29,524 nucleotides of DNA from the IMG/VR virus record IMGVR_UViG_2693429557_000011; one strand, given 5' to 3'. Positions 7,922-14,655 of this stretch are shown in pieces. The DNA is from a virus. Taxonomy: Duplodnaviria; Heunggongvirae; Uroviricota; Caudoviricetes. Both the position numbers and the translations under genes were made by a program. How positions within the stretch are numbered: position 1 is the stretch's first letter; each line of letters starts with the position of its first letter. Below the pieces are notes generated by a model. It saw only the letters and a program-made list of their open reading frames with translations, was not told the origin of the DNA and made no database searches.

Positions 7922-10744
7922 ATGACGGCAGAGTACATCAGGGACTGGCAACAACCGCGCCACGCAGTGGGGCGTGAAGGAACGGGGATCCCCGCTCCTG
8001 AATCCGCGCTTTCCTCCTGGCTGGATGCCCACCGGGCAGAGAACGAGCGCCGCCAGGAAATGGCTGATGCGGCGTTCTCCGCCACGCCACTGGGCAACCT
8101 GATTAATAAAAGCCTGGACGCACAGGAAAAACAGGACAAAACCATCACACTGGCAGGAGACGCCAGAAAACAGGCACGCGGCGCGGTGGATGAAGCCATG
8201 GCCTCGCTGCGCCTGCTGCCGTCCTATCTGCGCGATCCGCTTATTCGCCACCTCTCCTTCCTGCGCAAAAAACAGGAAGCCGATCGCCGGAAAGGCAAAA
8301 AGAGCTGGCAGGCGGAACGCTATGCACGCGGAACCCTGCGCAAAATATTCGAACGTCTGGATCGCACTGACGGACACTGGCTGACACCGGGTTATCGCTC
8401 CCTTGCCGGACGTGAACGCCTGGACGATTTGCTTTACCTGCCGCAACTCAACAAACACCAGATACAGACGCTGGCCACCATGACGGCGGCGATGTTCAGC
8501 AGCACCTTCGAAAAACTCTGCGATGGTTTTGGCGCGACTGATGGCGAGCTGACCATGGATGTAACGCTGAAGGCGTATCAGATGCTGGCCCGCATGGCGT
8601 TACACTTACACGCCATGCCTCCGCATTATGACGCACTGACAACAGACAAAGACCGGAGGCACGAACCGGACACAGAACTGCTGCCGGGCGCAATCCTTCG
8701 CCTGACCTGTGCGGAATGGTGGAAACGCAAACTGTGGCTGTTACGTTGCGAGTGGAGAGAAGAACAACTTCGCGCCGCCTGTCTGGTTTCCAGAAAAACA
8801 TCGCCCTATCTGAGCCAGGACGCGTTAAGCGAGTTTCGCGCACAGCGCGAGAAAACACGCGATTTCCTGAAAAGTTTCATGCTGGAAAATGAAGACGGGT
8901 TCACGATTGATCTCGAGACGGTGTATTACGCGGGAGTAAGTAACCCGGTTCACCGTAAGGCAGAAATGATGGCCACCATGAAGGGGCTGGAACTTCTGGC
9001 CGAAGCCCGTGGCGACAAAGCGGTGTTTCTGACTGTCACCTGCCCGTCAAAATACCACGCCACAACGGAGAACGGTCATCCGAATCCCAAATGGAACGGG
9101 GCCACAATGCGCGACTCCAGCGATTACCTGGTTAACACGTTTTTTGCGACGGTCCGCAAAAAACTGAACCGCGACGGCCTGCGCTGGTATGGCATCCGCA
9201 CGGCGGAGCCTCACCATGACGGCACCGTGCACTGGCATATGATGGTCTTTGCTCATCCGGAAGAAATCGACACCATTGTGTCCCACACCCGCGATATTGC
9301 CATTCAGGAAGATCGTCACGAGCTGGGCGATGACATAACTCCGCGCTTTAAGGCGGAGTATGTAGACGGCTCAAAAGGCACGCCAACCAGCTACATCGCC
9401 ACCTACATCGGGAAAAACCTGGACAGCCGCGCCGTGGATGGCATCGACCCGAAAACGGGCAAGCCACGCGTTGACCACGAAACCGGAAAATCAATGGCCG
9501 AGAGCGTGGAACGCGCCATCGGCTGGGCGCGCCTTCACCGGGTCCGCCAGTTCCAGTTCTTTGGCATCCCCTCCCGCCAGGTATGGCGTGAACTGCGCCG
9601 CCTTGCCAGCCAGATGGCACGCAACCCGGAAGGCCCGCAACGGCTGAAGGATGACGCAATGGATGCGGTTCTTGCCGCCGCTGATGCCGGATGTTTTGCC
9701 ACCTACATAGAGAAACAGGGCGGCGTACTTGTTCCACGCAAAGACTACCTGATTCGCACCGCCTACGACCTCGCCGATGAGCTGAACGATTACGGCGAAC
9801 AGAGCGTACAGATTTACGGGATCTGGTCACCACTCATCGGGGAATCCTCCCGTGTGTGCACGCATCCGGATAACTGGAAGCTGGTAAGACGCAAACCGGA
9901 AGCGGAAGACAGCGCCCGCGAAAATGGTTTTGACCTTCAGGGCGGCCCTGCCGCCCCTTGGACTCGTGGCAATAACTGTCCCCGTGTACAGGAAACGGAC
10001 AACAACGGGACAGAACAGCCGGAAGAACGGCCAGCACCGTGGCCGCAGCTCCCTGACGGCGTTGATGTGGATGAATGGATGCGCTCACTGAAACGGCACG
10101 AACGCCGGGCGCTGATGCGTTCGCTTCGTGACAAACAGGCAAAAAACAGCAGTGATGAAATGCAGAGCTGGACACAGAGCCGCAAACAGCAGCGGCCTTT
10201 GCCTGATAACCACGAATTACTCGCTAAAGAATGGCGGGAGTCTGCTGAATCTCTCGGCCTGCATATCGGTGAACAACAGATGCAGCACCTGTTACGGGGC
10301 GGCAGTCTGTACGTTGACGGCAGCATCATTGCACCGCAGGGATTTGAAATTGTACGCAAACCGGATACCCGCCCGGACAGCCGAATCACGCAGCTCTGGC
10401 AGCGCCTGAGCCGTAATCATGGCGTAAGCAGCACGGAGATCCGCCATAACCCGGTCGCCAGCTATCTGACACAGCTGGGGGCATCAGACCCTGAAGCCGC
10501 CGCACGCCTGGCATCCACACTTCAGCAGGACCAGAACACCATGAAAACACCCGTTACCGTGCTTTCTGACATGCTGCGCGCCATCCGCGACGCAGAGCAC
10601 GCACAGAGAATCAGTGAAACCACTGAACGCGCCCGCCGCAAAGCAGACCTGCTGCGGGGTGGCCTGACCAGTGGAAACAAAAAACAGACAGAAACGGGAC
10701 TCACGAATCCCGTAAATGAGCAAAAAACGCGCAGCGATATATGA
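7922..10744 (+). CDS. Replication initiation endonuclease, P2 gpA family (HUH rolling-circle initiator)
   Basis: 940-aa ORF. The HUH-type metal motif GTVHWHMMVF has its HWH at nt 9230-9238. The paired catalytic tyrosines YIATYIGKN (Y491, Y495; nt 9392-9406) match the Y-x-x-x-Y of P2 A. The last 250 aa or so are charged and Gln-rich. Confidence 0.9.
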   Translation: MTAEYIRDWQQPRHAVGREGTGIPAPESALSSWLDAHRAENERRQEMADAAFSATPLGNLINKSLDAQEKQDKTITLAGDARKQARGAVDEAMASLRLLPSYLRDPLIRHLSFLRKKQEADRRKGKKSWQAERYARGTLRKIFERLDRTDGHWLTPGYRSLAGRERLDDLLYLPQLNKHQIQTLATMTAAMFSSTFEKLCDGFGATDGELTMDVTLKAYQMLARMALHLHAMPPHYDALTTDKDRRHEPDTELLPGAILRLTCAEWWKRKLWLLRCEWREEQLRAACLVSRKTSPYLSQDALSEFRAQREKTRDFLKSFMLENEDGFTIDLETVYYAGVSNPVHRKAEMMATMKGLELLAEARGDKAVFLTVTCPSKYHATTENGHPNPKWNGATMRDSSDYLVNTFFATVRKKLNRDGLRWYGIRTAEPHHDGTVHWHMMVFAHPEEIDTIVSHTRDIAIQEDRHELGDDITPRFKAEYVDGSKGTPTSYIATYIGKNLDSRAVDGIDPKTGKPRVDHETGKSMAESVERAIGWARLHRVRQFQFFGIPSRQVWRELRRLASQMARNPEGPQRLKDDAMDAVLAAADAGCFATYIEKQGGVLVPRKDYLIRTAYDLADELNDYGEQSVQIYGIWSPLIGESSRVCTHPDNWKLVRRKPEAEDSARENGFDLQGGPAAPWTRGNNCPRVQETDNNGTEQPEERPAPWPQLPDGVDVDEWMRSLKRHERRALMRSLRDKQAKNSSDEMQSWTQSRKQQRPLPDNHELLAKEWRESAESLGLHIGEQQMQHLLRGGSLYVDGSIIAPQGFEIVRKPDTRPDSRITQLWQRLSRNHGVSSTEIRHNPVASYLTQLGASDPEAAARLASTLQQDQNTMKTPVTVLSDMLRAIRDAEHAQRISETTERARRKADLLRGGLTSGNKKQTETGLTNPVNEQKTRSDI

Positions 10745-10792
10745 AGCGCGCACAAAACAGGCAAAAACGGGATTTCAGAATCCCGTAAACGA
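10681..10792. repeat. Two 39-bp direct repeats, each containing an 8-bp-stem palindrome; candidate parC-like centromere or other protein-binding site
   Basis: Unit 1 at 10681-10719 is AAAACAGACAGAAACGGGACTCACGAATCCCGTAAATGA. Unit 2 at 10754-10792 is AAAACAGGCAAAAACGGGATTTCAGAATCCCGTAAACGA. They share about 33/39 identity with a 73-bp period. The palindrome ACGGGATT-TCAG-AATCCCGT lies at 10767-10786. Unit 1 lies inside the 3' end of A and unit 2 just upstream of parM. Confidence 0.5.
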
Positions 10793-10820
10793 TTAATTAA
10801 TCAACATAAGGAAAAGCGAC

Positions 10821-11780
10821 ATGAAAATTTGTATCGACGACGGCTCCACCAACATCAAGCTGGCATGGACTGAGAACGGCGAACGCCGCAACGCCATCAG
10901 CCCGAACAGCTTCAAGTCGGAATGGTCTGCGCCGTTCGGTGGCATGCAGCCCGCGAACTACATGCTTGATGGCGTGCGCTATGGTTTTGATCCGGTCAGC
11001 GATCGCTTTGTCCAGACAACCGACACGCAATACCAGTACAGCGATGTAAATGTCATTGCCATTCATCACGCGCTGGTCAAATCAGGCATCACGCCACAGG
11101 AGGTGGATGTGGTTGTCACCCTGCCACTGAGCGAGTATTTCGACACAAACGCACAGCCGGACATGGCCAACATCAACCGCAAAAAAGCGAACGTTATGCG
11201 CCCGGTGGAGTACCAGAACGGCGAAGCATTCACTATCCGTAACGTGCGGGTTATGCCTGAATCCATTCCGGCTGGCTTTAAGGCACTGGCTGACATGAGT
11301 CCGTTTGAATCCCTGCTGATTGTGGATTTGGGCGGAACCACGCTGGATGTGGCAAAGGTTCAGGGGCAACTGGCAGGTATCAGCCAGGTGTTTTGCGATC
11401 CACACGTAGGCGTTTCTCTGATGGCCGATGCCGTACTGTCGGTGATGGCCACTAACGGTATGCGCACCAGTCACCACATCGCCAATACCATTATCGAACA
11501 TCGCCATGATGAAGCCTGGCTGCGCCAGCACATCCACAATGACGCGCATTACGCCAGCCTGATGGCGGTTATTCGTGAAAAGGAAGAAACACTGAAACAA
11601 CGCGTGATCCGCGCGCTGGCGGGTTTTTCGGGTTACGGGCGGGTGATGGTTGTCGGTGGAGGGGCGGAGATTGTGGCACCCGCTATCCGCGAAGCCTGCG
11701 GAGTTAATGCGACTTTCATCGCGGACGGGGTGCCACAGTTTGCTCTGGTTAATGGGCTGTACGCAATGGACAAGGAGTAA
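10821..11780 (+). CDS. parM: Actin-like plasmid segregation ATPase ParM/StbA
   Basis: 319-aa ORF. It is colinear with plasmid R1 ParM as I remember it: IDDGSTNIKL phosphate-1, ISPNSFK.EW, YSDVNV.A.HHAL, TLPL.EY, ERKKAN, V.VMPESIPAG, LLI.DLGGTTLD phosphate-2, VM.GGGAE adenosine motif, LVNG.Y. Confidence 0.85.
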   Translation: MKICIDDGSTNIKLAWTENGERRNAISPNSFKSEWSAPFGGMQPANYMLDGVRYGFDPVSDRFVQTTDTQYQYSDVNVIAIHHALVKSGITPQEVDVVVTLPLSEYFDTNAQPDMANINRKKANVMRPVEYQNGEAFTIRNVRVMPESIPAGFKALADMSPFESLLIVDLGGTTLDVAKVQGQLAGISQVFCDPHVGVSLMADAVLSVMATNGMRTSHHIANTIIEHRHDEAWLRQHIHNDAHYASLMAVIREKEETLKQRVIRALAGFSGYGRVMVVGGGAEIVAPAIREACGVNATFIADGVPQFALVNGLYAMDKE

Positions 11781-11784
11781 ACCA

Positions 11785-12096
11785 ATGACGACACCAACCA
11801 GACGGATAAGTTTCTATCTGAAGCCTGCGGCCGTCAAGAACGAAAGCGAAGCATGCGCCTGGCTGGGCAGCCTTACACCAGAAGCCCGCAAAAGCGGCCA
11901 ACGCGTGGCTTTTCTGGCCGGGCTGGCACTTCTGAAAATGAATCCAGCAGAGGCTTACCGACTGGCTGCATGGGCTGACGATGAGGCGTTATCGGTGACA
12001 CAAACCAGGACAGAACGCCCCGTGCCACAGCCAGTACCAACCGCACAGATAACCAGTCAGATAGCAGGGAATATCCGGGCATTATTTCCTGAATGA
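11785..12096 (+). CDS. parR: ParR/StbB-like centromere-binding adaptor (putative)
   Basis: 103 aa from the ATG at 11785, 4 nt after the parM stop. RRISFYLKPA...LGSLTPEARKSGQRVAFLAGLAL parallels R1 ParR RTIAFKLNPD...LDSIPQGERSRLNRAALTAGLAL (RHH N-terminus). Confidence 0.7.
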   Translation: MTTPTRRISFYLKPAAVKNESEACAWLGSLTPEARKSGQRVAFLAGLALLKMNPAEAYRLAAWADDEALSVTQTRTERPVPQPVPTAQITSQIAGNIRALFPE

Positions 12097-12156
12097 CGAA
12101 TTTGACGGCTTTTAATTTTATCGGGGTGCACTGTCGCCCCGCACGAGGAAAACACG

Positions 12157-12681
12157 ATGAAAAAATACGAATACATGCTAATGAAAGAAGCACTGCGGGC
12201 TGGTCTGGCTCCCTGTCCTGTATCCGTAGAAGCTGTTGTTGGGAACACGATTTTCCGAACGCTGCGAAATCGCGTATCCGTGAAGATGGTTCACCAACCA
12301 CCCAAATCTACCAGCATGATCTATCTGCCGCTGCCCGAGGCTATCAAACTTATGCGTTCGCTGAAATTTGCGATTTGGATGCAGACACAAATCAACAAAG
12401 CGGTGCAAAACACCTTCGTTAAGAGACTAATACCGGAGCTTGCTGCCAGATGTGCAAAATGTACCAGACCCGCACTTCAATTTGATCTGTCATTGATTCA
12501 ACAAGCTACGGAGGCAGAACTGTACCGCCTGTCACCTATCCGTGATGCTCACACGGAAGCATCAGAAATGTTCCGGCTCATGTTTCAATTTAATTTTGCC
12601 GTTCGACGCACACGCGTTCAGGTCAATCGCATGATGCAGGAGCAGGAAGAGTTAACACAGTACAAAGGGGGCAGCCAGTGA
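12157..12681 (+). CDS. Hypothetical protein, hotspot cargo gene 1
   Basis: 174-aa ORF with GAGGA Shine-Dalgarno-like sequence at 12144-12148, preceded by a stem-loop at 12122-12141. No catalytic motif recognised. Hand-counted G+C in a 60-nt sample is about 42%. Confidence 0.65.
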   Translation: MKKYEYMLMKEALRAGLAPCPVSVEAVVGNTIFRTLRNRVSVKMVHQPPKSTSMIYLPLPEAIKLMRSLKFAIWMQTQINKAVQNTFVKRLIPELAARCAKCTRPALQFDLSLIQQATEAELYRLSPIRDAHTEASEMFRLMFQFNFAVRRTRVQVNRMMQEQEELTQYKGGSQ

Positions 12682-12917
12682 GTAATTCAGCACGACTACA
12701 GCTTGGTTTTTCACCGCTATCAAAAACCATCGTATTGGCAAAAATGCGTGACTTAGGAGACGGAACAAAACGCCGCGTAGGAAATGATCGCGGTCGCGAT
12801 GTAACCAACGAGGCCGCTCAACTCGTTTGGCATCTAGTCATGGCAGAAGGCGGTGAAATTAATTGGGAGCTGGATGATGGTTCTCGTATGATTTTGAGGG
12901 CCGAGAAGAGTAAATAG
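12678..12917 (+). CDS. Hypothetical protein, hotspot cargo gene 2
   Basis: 79-aa ORF. Its GTG start overlaps the upstream stop as GTGA (12678-12681), suggesting translational coupling. No motif recognised. Confidence 0.55.
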   Translation: MSNSARLQLGFSPLSKTIVLAKMRDLGDGTKRRVGNDRGRDVTNEAAQLVWHLVMAEGGEINWELDDGSRMILRAEKSK

Positions 12918-12931
12918 CTCAAGGGGGATTA

Positions 12932-13117
12932 ATGCTAAATGATGATGAAGAAGAGCTGCTTATGCAGGAATGGTCGCTCGGTGATTATGATAATGGTGAA
13001 AATGGGTGCCCGCATTGTGGCCGTTATCGTTTATGTATCTGCCAGAATGGAAAACACAGATGTGAAAAGTGCAATTGGTCTCCGGAACTTAATGACTACG
13101 TGCCGATCGAGTGGTAG
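12932..13117 (+). CDS. Small Cys-rich zinc-ribbon protein, hotspot cargo gene 3
   Basis: 61-aa ORF with AGGGGG Shine-Dalgarno-like sequence upstream. It has an acidic N-terminus followed by CPHC-x5-CxC-x6-CEKC. Confidence 0.55.
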   Translation: MLNDDEEELLMQEWSLGDYDNGENGCPHCGRYRLCICQNGKHRCEKCNWSPELNDYVPIEW

Positions 13118-13140
13118 AGGTAAGTCACACTAGGTGTTTT

Positions 13141-13557
13141 TTAGTTGATTTTATAAATGCACAATAGTGCACAAATTTGCACAATTTTTTTGAACGACTT
13201 TTTGCCCTTCCGGCCCGCGTGGCGGCTGGATCCGTCAAGGATCCGTGCATGCACAAAAAAACGCGTTTTTTCTGCGCGCAGGTGACGGGGGAACAGCCCG
13301 CGTTTCAGGGGGTAAATAGCATTCCCTGAACGATGTCGCAGAGATACAACAGAATGGCTGTATTTCTCACGCTGAGCGTGAAAAAGACGTGAGGGCTTTT
13401 GATTTGATGGGGTGAAAGGTAAGGCCGTCAAAATCGCACTGAGACGGCGAGAATATGCAGTCAACGAGGTGGGATTGCGTAAGAGTCTGACTGTCGATGA
13501 TGGCAATCAGCAGGAAAGCGTCGTGAAATTATCTGACTGATACAGGAGCTGGAGAGT
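13141..13557. other. Non-coding cos/packaging region of the P2-like phage (exact cos not fixed)
   Basis: This is the gap between the last cargo gene and the 3' end of portal gene Q, which is where P2 and 186 carry cos. The core GCGTGGCGG at 13217-13225 matches the start of the 186 cohesive end (GGCGTGGCGGGG) as I recall it. GGATCCGT is directly repeated at 13228-13235 and 13239-13246. TGCACAA occurs three times with a 10-bp period at 13158-13185. Confidence 0.45.
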
Positions 13558-13582
13558 CGGGGCATAAATTTTTTATGCCCCG
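13558..13582. terminator. Perfect 11-bp-stem hairpin just downstream of portal gene Q
   Basis: CGGGGCATAAA (13558-13568) / TTT / TTTATGCCCCG (13572-13582). There is no clean U-tract outside the stem, so it is not a canonical intrinsic terminator. Its position matches the hairpin after Q in P2. Confidence 0.45.
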
Positions 13583-13608
13583 GCGAAGCAGCAGACAAGC
13601 GAAGCGCG

Positions 13609-14655
13609 TCAGGATGTGGGCTGGGTGTCTAACAGTGCGTAAGGGTTAAAGCGGATCACCTCTTCGCCAAGCCAGTCATTGATGTGCTTCATGGCCTCCA
13701 TGACGGGCATCAGCTCGTTAATTGCGTAAACCCGCGCGGCCTTCTCCACATCACCAAACGCACTTTTTTCGCCCGGCATCGCCCCCATCAGTTGCGGCGG
13801 AACGCGGTGCGCAGCCAGCACATCATCACGGGATGCCGCCTTAACATTCATGAACTCATCCTTTGCGGTGATCTGCTGGAACGGCAAAATTTGCACCCCC
13901 TCTTTGCCCCCGTTGGGCGCATGAATGAGCACGTTTTTAAACGCACCACCACCACGTGCCCCCTGTAGCGTTTCTTTCAGGGAGTCCATGCTTTCGCGGT
14001 TTACCTGCGCTGCACCGATGTAGATGATGCACCCGGCGTGGGATCCGTTGTCGTAGTACAGTTTTCTGAACATGTCCGCCGAATGAGAAAGGCTGGCCGA
14101 GAGTAATGCGCCAAGATATTCCGGCATGCCGTAGATTTCCTGGTTAATATCCGGATTCATCAGGTGGCACACTTTGCCAGGACGAAACTGAAACGCATCC
14201 TTGCCATCCTGCACATACCACCATGATTCAAGATCGCTTCCGCGTCGCATGTATTTCGCCAGGGCGTGCCGTAATTTAAGCGGTTCGCCGAGCATATTGC
14301 TCCGAAGCTCAAGGAATGCGTTACCGAACACAAACCAGTCCAGCGCCAGCGCCGAGAAATCCTGCCGGGAAAGCAGCGGGTGCGGAATATAGCAGCCGAG
14401 CAATACATTGCGCTTAAAGTAAAGCGCAGACTGATGCCAGGACGTTTGCCGGGCAGCTCTTGCCAGACCGTACCAGTCCACCGGGGTTTCATACCACCGC
14501 CCGTTATCAGCACAGTACATATTGTCCAGCAGGTCATGCCCGGTCAGGCGGTAAGGACCATCAAATGTGAATGCACTGAGCGACGATTCTTTCCTGAGCG
14601 CATCAGCGAGATCAATGCGTGAACTCATGCGCACTTTTTTATTTTTTCTGCTCAT
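13609..14655 (-). CDS. Portal protein, P2 gpQ type
   Basis: 348-aa ORF (P2 Q is about 344 aa). It is adjacent to and co-oriented with the large terminase, and divergent from the scaffold/capsid operon, as in P2. Confidence 0.85.
   Translation of the reverse strand: MSRKNKKVRMSSRIDLADALRKESSLSAFTFDGPYRLTGHDLLDNMYCADNGRWYETPVDWYGLARAARQTSWHQSALYFKRNVLLGCYIPHPLLSRQDFSALALDWFVFGNAFLELRSNMLGEPLKLRHALAKYMRRGSDLESWWYVQDGKDAFQFRPGKVCHLMNPDINQEIYGMPEYLGALLSASLSHSADMFRKLYYDNGSHAGCIIYIGAAQVNRESMDSLKETLQGARGGGAFKNVLIHAPNGGKEGVQILPFQQITAKDEFMNVKAASRDDVLAAHRVPPQLMGAMPGEKSAFGDVEKAARVYAINELMPVMEAMKHINDWLGEEVIRFNPYALLDTQPTS

Noticed and set aside
7385-8458. 357-aa ORF on the minus strand
   Set aside because: It lies antisense to the 3' end of the wHTH gene, the 121-aa early gene and the 5' part of the A gene, all of which have better support (operon packing, motifs). 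It has no motif, and its Arg/Ala/Gly/Cys-rich composition is typical of a shadow ORF in GC-rich coding DNA.
9047-10389. Several 90-161-aa minus-strand ORFs inside the A gene
   Set aside because: They are antisense shadow ORFs, Arg/Cys/Pro-rich, and overlap the well-supported HUH initiator frame.
13141-13506. 121-aa minus-strand ORF in the cos region
   Set aside because: It has no Shine-Dalgarno sequence and a low-complexity basic composition. It covers the interval that is non-coding and holds cos in P2-family phages, and it would read into the convergent cargo gene.
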